From positions 448,001-512,000 of the forward strand of contig CAVVPN010000003.1 of NCBI GenBank assembly GCA_963750165.1: a stretch of DNA of 64,000 nt, written 5' to 3'. A program made the translations under genes and the position numbers. The notes beneath the pieces are model-generated. The model did no database searches and was not told the DNA's origin. It saw only the letters and a list, made by a program, of their open reading frames with translations. Source of the DNA: an uncultured Gemmataceae bacterium (GTDB lineage Bacteria; Planctomycetota; Planctomycetia; Gemmatales; Gemmataceae). The first letter of the stretch is position 1, and every line of letters starts with the position of its first letter. Positions 32,092 through 42,711 of the stretch are shown here, in pieces.

Positions 32092-32312
32092 GGTCCGAGT
32101 TCGTAGTACCGCCTTCAGAGAGCGTCCAGCTTATAAGTGGTGCAGGGAAAGGGTTTACAGCAAGAGGGTTACGTCTCGGAAGAGGCTTTTTTCTTCAGGT
32201 ATTCCCGGACCCCCTCCACCCCCATTTTGGGCCCCCTGGCTCGCCGTAACTCCTTAATTACCAACACTTGAAAGCTGGACGCTCTCTTCAGGCGGTACTA
32301 CGAACCCGGACC
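32092..32312. repeat. GTAG-type REP hairpin split by a nested insertion
   Basis: GGTCCGAGTTCGTAGTACCGCC ... GGCGGTACTACGAACCCGGACC. Confidence 0.8.
32118..32286. mobile_element. 169-bp MITE with terminal inverted repeats and 4-bp target-site duplication TTCA
   Basis: TTCA|GAGAGCGTCCAGCTT ... AAGCTGGACGCTCTC|TTCA; 15-bp perfect TIR, 22/25 when extended. Confidence 0.8.
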
Positions 32313-32338
32313 CGAAGCCTCTGCTGAAGAAGAGTTCC

Positions 32339-33541
32339 GTGAACCGTCAACCCTATCAAACGCCGCCGCGCCGCTGGGAGAGCCAGCTCAGCCCCTGGTG
32401 GGTGCGCCTGTGGCGCCCGCTGCGCCGCCGCGCCCTGCGCCGCGAGCAGAAGCTGGCCCGCATCGACGTGGCCGACCTGGACCAGCTCCGTCAACCCCTG
32501 GCCGAAGGCGCCGCGGTGCTCATCACCCCCAACCACGCCTTCCACTACGACTCCTACGCGCTCATGGAAGCGGGTGACCAGCTGGACCGGCCGTTCCATT
32601 TCCTGACCGCCTGGCAGGCGTTCGCCATGAGCAACCGGTTCGAGCGCTGGTCGATGCAGCGGCACGGCTGCTTCAGTATCGACCGCGAGGGCAACGACAT
32701 GCCGGCCTTCCGTCGCGCCGTGGCGCTGCTGCAGGAGAGCCCGTATCCGCTGGTCATCTTCTCCGAGGGAGACATCTACCACACCAACGACCGGGTGACG
32801 CCGTTCCGTGAAGGTGCCGCCGCCATCGCACTGGCTGCCGCTCGCCGCGCTGACCGGCCCGTCGTGTGTGTGCCGTGCGCCCTCAAATGCTGGTACGTCA
32901 GCGACCCGACGCCCGAGCTGAGCCGCGTGCTGTCGCGGTTGGAGGAGCGCTTGACCTGGCTGCCGCGGCCTGACCTGCCGCTGGTGGAGCGCGTCTACCG
33001 GCTGGGCGAGGGCCTGCTGGCCTTGAAGGAACTGGAGCACCTGGGCGGGCCGCGCACCGGGACGGTGCCGGCGCGCACCGCGGGCCTGATCCGGGAGGTA
33101 CTCGGCCGCCAGGAACGGCAATACGGAGTGGACAGCGCCCCGGACGCGGTTGTGCCGGAGCGCGTCAAGGAATTGCGGCGGCGGTGCATCCTGGCGCTGG
33201 AAAAGCCGGGGGCGGATGCGGCCCGGGTTCGCCGCGACCTGGAGGAACTGTTTCTGGTGACGCAGCTATTCAGCTACCCGGGCGATTACGTCCGCGAAAA
33301 CCCCACCGTCGAGCGCGTGGCCGAGACGATTGACAAGTTGGAGGAGGACGTGTTGCAGGCGCCCTATCCGGGCGTGCGCGGCGTGCGGCGGGTGCTGATC
33401 CGCTTCGGCGCCGCGGTGCCGATTCCCACCGAGCGGCAGAAACGCGACGCGGTGCGGCAACTGTCCGAGAACCTGAGCGGCCGGGTGCAGGGGCTGCTTG
33501 ATGACATGAACCGCACCGTTTCGCGGTCGCGCGTTGATTAG
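32339..33541 (+). CDS. Phospholipid/glycerol acyltransferase (PlsC-like) protein
   Basis: NHxxxxD ('PNHAFHYD'), 'FSIDREG', 'IFSEG'. Confidence 0.82.
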   Translation: MNRQPYQTPPRRWESQLSPWWVRLWRPLRRRALRREQKLARIDVADLDQLRQPLAEGAAVLITPNHAFHYDSYALMEAGDQLDRPFHFLTAWQAFAMSNRFERWSMQRHGCFSIDREGNDMPAFRRAVALLQESPYPLVIFSEGDIYHTNDRVTPFREGAAAIALAAARRADRPVVCVPCALKCWYVSDPTPELSRVLSRLEERLTWLPRPDLPLVERVYRLGEGLLALKELEHLGGPRTGTVPARTAGLIREVLGRQERQYGVDSAPDAVVPERVKELRRRCILALEKPGADAARVRRDLEELFLVTQLFSYPGDYVRENPTVERVAETIDKLEEDVLQAPYPGVRGVRRVLIRFGAAVPIPTERQKRDAVRQLSENLSGRVQGLLDDMNRTVSRSRVD

Positions 33542-33560
33542 CGGCGGTTGGCGTTTGGGG

Positions 33561-33617
33561 GTAGCGGAAGTCGCCAGACTTCCAAAGCCGCTACGGAAGT
33601 CTGGCGACTTCCGCTAC
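33561..33617. repeat. GTAG-type REP doublet
   Basis: Perfect 23-bp arms GTAGCGGAAGTCGCCAGACTTCC / GGAAGTCTGGCGACTTCCGCTAC. Confidence 0.85.
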
Positions 33618-33672
33618 GAACAGACCGCTACACCCGACCGCGATGCGCACTGGCGGCGGCGACGCCGCCGAG

Positions 33673-36600
33673 TCATTTTGTCGGCGGTATCCGCAGCAGT
33701 TCGGCCTCCCGGCGCAGGATCTGGGCCTCCAGCCAGTTGTGACGGTGAAGGTACAACGCATCGGCGTTGGCCGGTAGTTCGCCGCCCAGCGCGTCGAGCC
33801 AGGCGCTGGCCTTGTCCAGCCAGCGTCGCGCTTCGTCCGGCTTGCCCAGTTTCTGATATGTCATCGCCAGCCAGAGCCAGTTCAGGACCGCCGCGCCGGG
33901 CCGGGCCTCGGCCTGAAGACTCCGTTCCAGCAACGGCACGGCCTTCTTGAACTGGTTCGCCCGGTAACGCAAGGCCCCCTGTTCCGTGAGGGACCAGAAG
34001 GCCGTCGCGAATTGCTGCAATTCCTGCGCGCTCACTTGCTCCAGGAGCGACACATTCTCGACCGCGCCCGGGGCCAGGGTACAGGCGCGGGCCACGAGAT
34101 AGTGGCGCACCTTGTTGAAGCGTCCGCCCTCCAGCATCCACTTGCAGGTTTGCCGGTAACCCTTCCGATCTCCCGACAGCAGTTGCACGGCGGCGTATTC
34201 AAACCAAACCTCGCTATCTTTTACATGCCCGTCCTTGATGAGTTGCGCGTAGACTTCGGCGGCCTTGCCCCATTGCTTCTGGTCGATGTGAGCGCGCGCC
34301 AGTTCAGGGGTCCTGCGCGGTCGCGCGACGCCAGTTCCTTGACATCGGCCCAAAGCTGCTGCCAGGCTTTGCGTTCCTCCTCGGGCAGTTTGGCAAGTGC
34401 GTCCGGGCCGCGGACACCGGCAAGTTCCTTGCACTGCTGCCATTTCCCAAAGACGCTGCGCGTCCATCATTGCATCGCCGCCCCTGGCGTTGTTGGATCG
34501 TTTGACCCAGGCATCAACGTCAGCTCTCAACCACTCCAGAGCCCGCTTGCGCAGCGCGGCTTTCGCGCGGTCATCGAGCTTGGCCGCGTCTTCACCGGAA
34601 CCACATCCCCCGAGTGCAGCCGCGCAGGCCGCGTGAAAACGGTGTTTTGACTCAAGATCATCGGCGAGCGCCGGTTGCCTGGTGAAAACGACATCGTAAA
34701 GCCGAACGGCTGCGAGAGGCAGTCGCCTGTGTGTGCAGCACCACCCGGCCAGCGCCCCCACCGTGGCGGGGTCCTCGGGGAATTCCTTCCCGGCAAGAAG
34801 CGCAGGGAGCCTGGATTCAAGCGGTCGGAGCTGATCGCAAAGGTCGAGGTAACGGCGCAGTTCAGCGTGTCCCGTTGGGCCCACCTGGGGTAAGTCCAGG
34901 GCGTGCTGGGCGGCTGCCTGGGCGTCGGCGAAGCGCCCCACGCACAGGAGCGACTCCACGAGGAGGTGTCGAGCGCCGAGGTATTTGGGAGCGTCGCCGT
35001 CCCTGAGTTCGGCGGCCGTCAGTTGCCTTTTCGGATCGAGACTGCGGATGAGCCACTCAAATTCGCCAATGGCCTCTTCGTGCTTTCCCAGTTCTTGCAA
35101 GGTCAGGCCCAGCGCATGATGCGCCACGGCGTTGAGTGGATCCAGTTGGACCATTTTTCGGAAGGCGCGAGCGCCTGCTCAGGTCGCCCGGTTTTCCGCA
35201 GCGCCACGCCAAGGTTGTAATTGGCCAGGATGTGCTTGGGATTGAGGGCAAGCGCTTTCCGGAACAGCGGAATCGCTTCTTCATCCCGCCCGGCGACGGC
35301 GACGGATACGCCCTGGTTGAAAGCCACCTGGGCAGTGATCGGTTCGGCATTGAGCAACTTCTTTCCTGCGACGAGCACCTCGTCCGCACGTTTCGCCTTG
35401 AGCAAGGCAGTGGTGAGGTTGTTGCGCAGGACTTCGTTGTTGGGATCCAGCTTGCAGGCCTGGCGGAGCACCAGGATGGCCTCGTCCAGTTCGTCGGCAA
35501 GGAGCAAGGCACATCCCAGGTGGCTGAACGTCCACGGGTTTTCCGGACGCAGCGTGATCACAATGCGAAAGTACGCCACCGACTCCTTGAATTTGCCGTC
35601 GCGCCAGTAAGCCAGGGCCATCGCCCAGTTCAGCCGGAAGTCAGCGGGGCGGCGCCGAATCGCCTCCCGCAATAAGCCGAGGCCTTCGGACCGGGCGTCG
35701 AGATTCCACAGCAAGGTCGCCAGGATGGCCAACTGGTGCGCGGGCACCGGTTTCGACACCTTCAAGGCGTTGTCGGCCAGTTGGCGGAGTTTTTGCTTGT
35801 CGCCCCACACGCCAGGATCGCGCAACCGATCGCCCCAGGCCGGATCGGGATCCGCCAACCGGGCAATCCGGAGCAATTGCTCCTGTTCGGCGCGCGGTTC
35901 AGCACGTAGGCAGCCAGCGCCCACTCGTCCAGGGCGGACACGGTTTTGTCGGCCAGCGGCGTGGCGCGGATGCGTGCCGCCGTGACGGCCGCATCCCCGT
36001 CCACGTTGAACCCCGCCTGGATGAACGCCTTTCGCGACTCCGTCGCCAGCAGCTGAAAGTCCACAGGGTGTGGCGAAGAAACATTCCTCTCCGACACGGA
36101 AGCCACGGCGGCTTGAAGAATGTCGCCGAGCAACTCGGCAAACTGCACGTCCGCTTCCGCCCGCGCAGAGCGCACGCGCAATTCGCCGGAATCGGCAACC
36201 GCAAGATGACTTTTGCCCTCGGTTAGAATCACCCTGGCCTCCCGCCAGCGCTCGAGCTTTGCCGATTTGTAGGCCTGGTCAATGACGGTTTCGATGGCCT
36301 GCCGCGCGTGTGCCTGACGACGCTCCTTTTCCGTCTGGCGGAAGTTTTCCTGTTGGCACCACCAGGTGGTGGTTCCGACTGCCGCCGTCACCGCCAGCAG
36401 GGCCGCCACGATGAGCGAGGCGACCGCGGGTCGCCGGCGTGCCCACTTCACGGTGCGCTCGAGAGCGCCAACGGGCCGGGCCAGCACCGGTTGGCCATCG
36501 AGAAAACGGTTCAGGTCATCGGCCAGGTCCTGGGCGCTGGCGTAGCGGCGGATGGGGTGCTTTTGCAGGCACTTCAGGCAGATGGTTTCCAGGTCGCGCG

Positions 36601-37525
36601 GGATTTTGGGATTCAGGCGCGATGGCGGCGTCGGCTCTTCGCCGAGGATCCGCATCTCAATGGCGGCGGCAGATTGTCCGGTGAAGGGTGGCCGGCCCGT
36701 GAGCACCTCGTACAGCATCGCCCCGAGCGCATACACGTCCACAGCGGGCCCGATCGCGTGCGCCTGCCCCAGCGCCTGTTCGGGCGCCATGTAACTGGGC
36801 GTGCCCACCCGCGCGCCGCTCAAGGTAAACTCAGGGCCGCCCGCAATGGATCGTGCCAGGCCGAAGTCCGTGATCTTGGGAATACCATCGGCCGACAGCA
36901 GGATGTTGGCCGGCTTGAGGTCGCGATGAATGAAACCGCTCTGGTGCGCGAATTGCACCGCGACGGCCAGTGTGGCAATCAATTCGGCGGCCCGGGTCGC
37001 CGGTTGCGGGGTGCCGGCCAGTTGCTGGGCTAAACTCCCTCCCTCCACAAACTCCATGATGAAGTAGTGCCGGCCGGCCACTTCGCCGACATCATGGATC
37101 TGCACGATGTTGGGGTGCCGCAGCGCCGCCACGGCCTCGGCTTCACGCCGAAACCGTGCCAGCTCCAGCGGACTCGCATAAGGGCCGGCCAGCAGCATCT
37201 TCACGGCGACGAAGCGATTGAGTTTGCGGTGGCGCGCCTTGAAGACCACGCCCATGCCGCCCCGGCCGAGGACGGAAGCCACGTCGTAGCCGTCGATGTG
37301 CGGCGGTTCGATTTCGGAGTTCAGCAAGAGCGAGTTGTCCTCGCGATTGGTCGAGCCCGGTGACGGGAACAGGGCTTCAATTTGGTATCCGACGCGCTGC
37401 ATGCGATCCCAGCGCTGGCGTACCTCGCACAATAAATCGGGGTCCCCCTGGCAGACCTCTTCGGGGGTGCGCTGGGAGTCCAGCATCTCTTCAAGCAACT
37501 CCTGGATGCGCAGTTCGTCAGGCAT
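33673..37525 (-). CDS. Hanks-type Ser/Thr kinase with TM segment and TPR repeats (several frameshifts)
   Basis: [33 protein letters not shown] motifs in ORFs 35103-35924 and 33673-35154. Confidence 0.85.
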
Positions 37526-37553
37526 CGGTTTCCCCCTGACAATGATCCTGGGC

Positions 37554-38180
37554 TTATGCCTCGCTGGGCGGTCGCGGCCCCGCCTGCAGGTCGGACAGCT
37601 TTTCCGCCAGCAGCATCAAGCTGCGATTCAGACGGCGCTGAATCGTCTTCGCCGAGACGCTCAGCAGGTTCGCTGTCTCGGTCTGACTCATCCCCTGAAT
37701 GCGTACCAGGCTGAAGACTTCGCGCTCGTCCTCGGGAAGGTCGTCGATCGCCTCCAGCATGCGACGGGCGTTCAGACTGAGTCCCGAACCGCTGCTTTCC
37801 GGTGCGGGCGGCAGTCCGTCGGGCAACGCCACGGCGAGCTTCTGTTCGTCTAGGCGGCGGGCCAGGTCATTCAGCTCCCAGCGGATGTGCTGGCTGGCCA
37901 GGCCGAAGAACCGGCGCACAGTCGGCGGATGGGCCTCCCGCATGGCCTTGAGCAACCGTTCCACCACCGCGCTGAGCACCTCATCGGCCTGGGCGTTCAG
38001 CGGCGGACGGGTCAGGCGCGGGTAGCTCTGGTGCAGAAGAGTCGCGCACAGGAGGTGCAGTCGCTGCACGGCCCGGGCCAGCAAGGCGCGGACGATCGGC
38101 TCGGCGGGCGTGTCGCCGCGCACCCCCGCTAACTCGTCCAGGTAACGCTGGACCGCCGCCGTCGTGTGTGTGTCGTCCAT
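37554..38180 (-). CDS. ECF sigma-70 factor upstream of the kinase
   Basis: 'HIRWELNDLARR'; region 4 'LPEDEREVFSLVRIQGMSQTETANLLSVSAKTIQRRL'. Confidence 0.85.
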   Translation of the reverse strand: MDDTHTTAAVQRYLDELAGVRGDTPAEPIVRALLARAVQRLHLLCATLLHQSYPRLTRPPLNAQADEVLSAVVERLLKAMREAHPPTVRRFFGLASQHIRWELNDLARRLDEQKLAVALPDGLPPAPESSGSGLSLNARRMLEAIDDLPEDEREVFSLVRIQGMSQTETANLLSVSAKTIQRRLNRSLMLLAEKLSDLQAGPRPPSEA

Positions 38181-38318
38181 CGTCCACGGTGCCTCGACCA
38201 CCGGCGCTGCCCGCGCCGTTTTCGCTGTCCACCCGTTTCGCCCAGCATTGGTAGAGAGGCTTCGACCCGGCACGGTGAAGCGCGGAGCCCATCTCATCTT
38301 ACGGGAAAGCAGGCTGCC

Positions 38319-38720
38319 ATGAACCGACTCAAGGGAAAAATCGCCGTCGTCACGGGCGCCTCCCCGTCCGGTGGTAGCGTGGTCAACATCAGCTCCGTGG
38401 TCGCCACACTGGCCCCGCCGAACGTTTCCGTGTACAGCGCCACCAAGGCAGCGATGAATGCCATCACCCGGTCCCTGGCCCAGGAGTTGGGGCCGCGCCA
38501 GATTCGGGTGAACGCGAATAACCCCGGCGTGGTCGAAACCACAGGGACGCACGCCGTTGGGCTGGCCGAGGCCGAATCCCGCAAGCAGACCGAGGCGCTG
38601 ACGTCGCTCGGGCGGATTGGCCAACCCCAGGATATTGCGCCGACCGCGGTCTTCCTCGCCTCGTCCGAATCCGCCTGGATCACCGGCGAAACGCTCTACA
38701 TCACCGGCGGGCGGTATTGA
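38319..38720 (+). pseudogene. SDR oxidoreductase with a large internal in-frame deletion
   Basis: 'KIAVVTGAS' joins directly to 'PSGGSVVNISS...YSATK'; GxG, NNAG and about 100 aa are missing. Confidence 0.8.
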
Positions 38721-38763
38721 TGTCTTCGCTCAGACCGCACTTGCTTACATCGGAGGAGCACGC

Positions 38764-39702
38764 ATGGCTATCAGCAATCCCATCCTTGTCACCGGCGCGG
38801 CAGGCAAGCTGGGCGGAGTGGGCCGCACGGTGGTGGAACTGCTTCGCCAGCGCAACCTGCCTGTCCGCGCACTGGTTCATCGCGAAGACGAACGTGTCGC
38901 TGCGCTGCGTGCCAGCGGCGCCGAGGTCGTTGTCGGCGACCTCACCCGTGCCGCAGACATCGCGCGTGCCCTGGAGGGTTGCCAGCGCCTGTACTTCGGC
39001 ATGAGCGCGGCGGTGGCCTACCTGGAGGCCACGGTCATGGCCGCCGCCGTCGCCCGCGAACATCGCGGTCTGGAGGTGTTCGTCAACATCTCGCAGATGA
39101 CGGTGTCGCAAATGAGCCTGGCCAAGATGACCGACTCTCCGCAGCAGCGGCAACACTGGCTCGGCGAGCAGGTGCTGAACTGGTCCGGTTTGCCTGTCGT
39201 CCACATCCGGGCCACGGTTTTCCTTCAAAATCCCTTCTTCCTCGACTGGGCCGCGGAATCGATCGCCCGGGACGGCACGATCCGGCTGCCGTTCGGCACC
39301 GGGCGGACCTCACCGATCGACGCGCGCGACGTTGCGGAGGTGATCGCGATCATCCTGGCGAGTCCGGCCGCCCACGTCGGCAAGGTCTACGAACTCACCG
39401 GGCCGCGGTCCCAGGATCTGCACGCCCTGGCGGCGGAGTATTCCGCGGCACTTGGTCGAACCATCCGCTACGTCGATGTGCCCTTCGAGCAATGGCGCGA
39501 TGGGGAGCTGCGCAGTCGCCAGTTGCCGGACCACGTCTTCGAGCACCTGCTGACGATGGCTCGCCTCCACGCCGCCAACCGCTACGACCGTCTCACGAAC
39601 ACGGTCGAGACGATCACCGGGAAGCCCGCGACGAGCGTCCGTGACTTTATGGCGCGGCACGCGGGAGCATTTTCTTTGTCACCCTCTGACACCAGGAGGT
39701 GA
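38764..39702 (+). CDS. NmrA-like NAD(P)H-binding protein
   Basis: 'ILVTGAAGKLGGVG', 'IDARDVAEV', 'YELTGP'. Confidence 0.88.
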   Translation: MAISNPILVTGAAGKLGGVGRTVVELLRQRNLPVRALVHREDERVAALRASGAEVVVGDLTRAADIARALEGCQRLYFGMSAAVAYLEATVMAAAVAREHRGLEVFVNISQMTVSQMSLAKMTDSPQQRQHWLGEQVLNWSGLPVVHIRATVFLQNPFFLDWAAESIARDGTIRLPFGTGRTSPIDARDVAEVIAIILASPAAHVGKVYELTGPRSQDLHALAAEYSAALGRTIRYVDVPFEQWRDGELRSRQLPDHVFEHLLTMARLHAANRYDRLTNTVETITGKPATSVRDFMARHAGAFSLSPSDTRR

Positions 39703-39704
39703 GC

Positions 39705-41144
39705 ATGTCTCAACCCGAACGCTATGAAGTCCTCATCCTCGGCAGCGGCGCCGGCGGCAAGCTCCTGGCCTGGCACCTGGCCAGGTCAGGGCGGCGGACG
39801 GCCGTCGTGGAACGCAAATGGATCGGCGGCTCCTGCCCGAACGTCAACTGTTTGCCCAGCAAGAACGAAATCTGGAGCGCGAAGGTCGCGGATCTGGTTC
39901 ACCACGCGGCGAAGTTTGGCCTGGTGACGGGCTCGATTGCGATTGACATGGCGCGGGTGCGGCAGCGGAAACGCGACATGGTCGAGGGCCTGGTCGCCCT
40001 GCACCTGGACCTGTACCGGGCCAGCGGTGCCGAGCTGGTCATGGGCGCGGGGCGGTTCGTCGCGCCGAAGACCCTTGAGGTCCGGCTGAATGACGGCGGC
40101 ACGCGCGTGCTGGCCGGGGAGCGCGTGTTCCTCAACGTGGGAACCCACGCCACCATTCCGCCGATCTCCGGCCTGGCGGAGGCGGGGCCGATCACCAATA
40201 TTGAACTCCTCGAACTCGACCGGCTGCCCGAGCACCTCGTCGTCCTCGGCGGCGGGTATGTCGGCCTGGAGTTCGCCCAGGCGTACCGCCGCTTCGGCAG
40301 TCGCGTCACCGTGGTCGAGCACGGGCCGCAGCTCCTGGGCCGCGAGGACCCGGATGTCGCCGCGGAACTCCTGCGCGTGCTCCGTGCCGAGGAAATCGAC
40401 ATCCTGCTCGGGGCCGAAGTGCTCCGGGTCGAGGGCCGCTCGGGAGAAGGGATCCGCCTGCGCGTGCGGACGGCCGAAGGCGAACGGCTCCTCGCCGGCA
40501 GTGACATCCTGATCGCGGCGGGGCGCACGCCCAACACCGCCGGGATCGGATTCGATGTGGCCGGCGTCCAGTTAGACGCGCGGGGCTACATCAAGGTCAA
40601 TGACCGGCTGGAGACGAGCGCGCCCGCTGTCTGGGCGATTGGCGAGTGCGCCGGCAGCCCCCAGTTCACGCACGTGTCCGAGGACGACTTCCGGGTCATC
40701 CGGGACAACCAGGCCCCCCTCACCCTACCCTCTCCCCCCACGGGGGAAGAGGGTAGGGTGAGGGGGGCCGGAGGCAAGCGCAGTACCCGCGACCGCCTCA
40801 TTCCCTACTGCCTGTTCACGGACCCGCCGCTGGCGCGGGTCGGCCTGAGCGAAGGGGAAGCCCGACAACGGGGGCTCGCCATCCGGGTCGCGAAACTCCC
40901 GATGAACGCCGTGCTGCGGACGCGGACCATCGGCGAAACCGCCGGCTTCATGAAAGTGCTCGTCGAGGCAACGGGCGACCGCATTCTCGGCTTCGCGATG
41001 ATCGGCCCCGAGGCCGGGGAGGTCATGGCCGCGGTGCAGCTGGCGATGCTCGGCGGGCTGCCCTACACGCTGTTCCGCGACGCCATTCTCGCGCATCCGA
41101 CGATGGCCGAGGGGCTCAATGCCCTGTTCGCCGCCATCGCGTAA
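39705..41144 (+). CDS. Pyridine nucleotide-disulfide oxidoreductase (RclA/mercuric-reductase-like flavoprotein)
   Basis: GSGAGG, redox motif 'GGSCPNVNCLPSK', GGGYVG, 'HPTMAE'. Confidence 0.9.
   Translation: MSQPERYEVLILGSGAGGKLLAWHLARSGRRTAVVERKWIGGSCPNVNCLPSKNEIWSAKVADLVHHAAKFGLVTGSIAIDMARVRQRKRDMVEGLVALHLDLYRASGAELVMGAGRFVAPKTLEVRLNDGGTRVLAGERVFLNVGTHATIPPISGLAEAGPITNIELLELDRLPEHLVVLGGGYVGLEFAQAYRRFGSRVTVVEHGPQLLGREDPDVAAELLRVLRAEEIDILLGAEVLRVEGRSGEGIRLRVRTAEGERLLAGSDILIAAGRTPNTAGIGFDVAGVQLDARGYIKVNDRLETSAPAVWAIGECAGSPQFTHVSEDDFRVIRDNQAPLTLPSPPTGEEGRVRGAGGKRSTRDRLIPYCLFTDPPLARVGLSEGEARQRGLAIRVAKLPMNAVLRTRTIGETAGFMKVLVEATGDRILGFAMIGPEAGEVMAAVQLAMLGGLPYTLFRDAILAHPTMAEGLNALFAAIA
40712..40769. 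repeat. Palindromic element inserted in frame in the flavoprotein gene
   Basis: 28-bp arms with one mismatch; encodes APLTLPSPPTGEEGRVRGA. Confidence 0.85.
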
Positions 41145-41184
41145 CGAAGGGTAATCAACCTGTCCCGAGAAAGGAGCCTGGACC

Positions 41185-41664
41185 ATGTTCAAGACGAAGA
41201 ATGACCTGCCCGAAACCGCCCGCGTCAAGGTGATCGAGTTGCTGAACGCACGCCTGGCCGACTGCACGGACCTGCAAACGCAGACCAAGCAGGCGCACTG
41301 GAACGTCAAGGGGCCGAACTTCATCGCCCTGCACGAGCTGTTCGACAAGATCAACGAGGACGTGGAGGACTACGTGGACGATCTCGCCGAGCGAGTGGTG
41401 CAGCTCGGCGGCGTGGCCGAGGGGACGGCCCGGATGGTGGCGAAGCGCAGCGCGTTGGCCGAGTACCCCGCCGCGGTGGACGGCCGCAGCCACGTGGAGG
41501 CGCTGTCCTCGGCACTGGCGACGTTCGGCAAGGCGGCGCGGAAGGGCATCGGCCAGGCCGACGAACTGGGCGACCTGGACACCGCCGACCTCTTCACCGA
41601 GATTTCGCGCGGCATCGACAAGTGGCTGTGGTTCGTTGAGGCGCACCTGCAGGCGGAGCGGTAA
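41185..41664 (+). CDS. dps: DNA starvation/stationary-phase protection protein
   Basis: 'AHWNVKGPNFIALHELFD', 'DDLAERVVQLGG', 'DKWLWFVEAH'. Confidence 0.95.
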   Translation: MFKTKNDLPETARVKVIELLNARLADCTDLQTQTKQAHWNVKGPNFIALHELFDKINEDVEDYVDDLAERVVQLGGVAEGTARMVAKRSALAEYPAAVDGRSHVEALSSALATFGKAARKGIGQADELGDLDTADLFTEISRGIDKWLWFVEAHLQAER

Positions 41665-41748
41665 CCGAGGCGGGGGATGCGTCCGGTCGATCTCGTCGAG
41701 CATGACCGCAGCTGAAGCGAGCGCCACCAAGCCCCGTGGGAGAAGCCG

Positions 41749-42663
41749 ATGACAACCGCCGGGCTGGACGTGCGGCCGGAAGTGCAGACGGCCCTGCGCG
41801 AAGGCCGCTCGGTGGTGGCGCTGGAATCGACGCTGATCGCACACGGGCTGCCCTGGCCGGTGAACCTGGAGACGGCCCGGCAGGCGGAGGCGGTGGTGCG
41901 CGCGGCGGGCGCAGTGCCCGCCACCATCGCGGTGCTGCACGGCCGGCCGACGGTGGGCCTGGCCGACGCGGAACTGGCGGCGCTGGCGCAGTCTCGGGAC
42001 GCTCTCAAGGCCAGCCGGCGCGACCTGGCCGCGGCGGTGGCGCTGCGGCGCACCGCGGCGACCACGGTGGCGGCGACAATGTTCCTCGCACACCGGGCCG
42101 GCATCCGCGTCTTCGCCACCGGCGGCATCGGCGGCGCCCACCGCGACGCCCGGCAGCCGTGGGACATCTCCGCCGACCTGACGGAACTGGGCCGGACGCC
42201 CGTCGCGGTGGTCTGCGCCGGGGCCAAGAGCATCCTGAACATCCCGCGGACGCTGGAAATCCTGGAGACGGAGGGGGTGCCGGTGATCGGCTACGGCACG
42301 GACACGTTCCCCGCCTTTTACGTGCGGAGTAGCGGCGAACCGGTGAGCGCCCGCGTGGACACGCCGGCGGAGGTGGCGGCGCTGCTGGCGGCGCACTGGG
42401 AACTGGGCGGCGCCGGCGTCGTGCTGGCTCAACCGCTGCCGCCCGAGCTGGCCCTGCCGGCCGCTGAGTTTGACACGGCCTGGGCGCGGGCGGAGCAGCT
42501 GGCCGTGGCGGCGGGCGTGCGCGGCCAGCAAGTGACGCCGTTCCTGCTCGCCCGCCTGGCGGAGTTGACCGGCGGCAAGACGCTGACCGTCAACCAGGCA
42601 CTGATCGCGGCCAACGCCCGGTTGGCGGCCCAGGTGGCGGTGCAGTTGCCGCTGGTGGCGTAG
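41749..42663 (+). CDS. psuG: Pseudouridine-5'-phosphate glycosidase
   Basis: 'VALESTLIAHGLP', 'KASRRD', 'ATGGIGG', 'DISADL', 'AGAKSIL'. Confidence 0.93.
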   Translation: MTTAGLDVRPEVQTALREGRSVVALESTLIAHGLPWPVNLETARQAEAVVRAAGAVPATIAVLHGRPTVGLADAELAALAQSRDALKASRRDLAAAVALRRTAATTVAATMFLAHRAGIRVFATGGIGGAHRDARQPWDISADLTELGRTPVAVVCAGAKSILNIPRTLEILETEGVPVIGYGTDTFPAFYVRSSGEPVSARVDTPAEVAALLAAHWELGGAGVVLAQPLPPELALPAAEFDTAWARAEQLAVAAGVRGQQVTPFLLARLAELTGGKTLTVNQALIAANARLAAQVAVQLPLVA

Positions 42664-42711
42664 CGGGCCGGCTGCCCAGTGGCGCCGGGCGACAGGAGGG
42701 AGCCCGGGCGC

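Noticed and set aside
39705..41144. Call as true mercuric reductase merA
   Set aside because: Lacks the C-terminal Cys-Cys pair and N-terminal metal-binding domain; no mer genes nearby.
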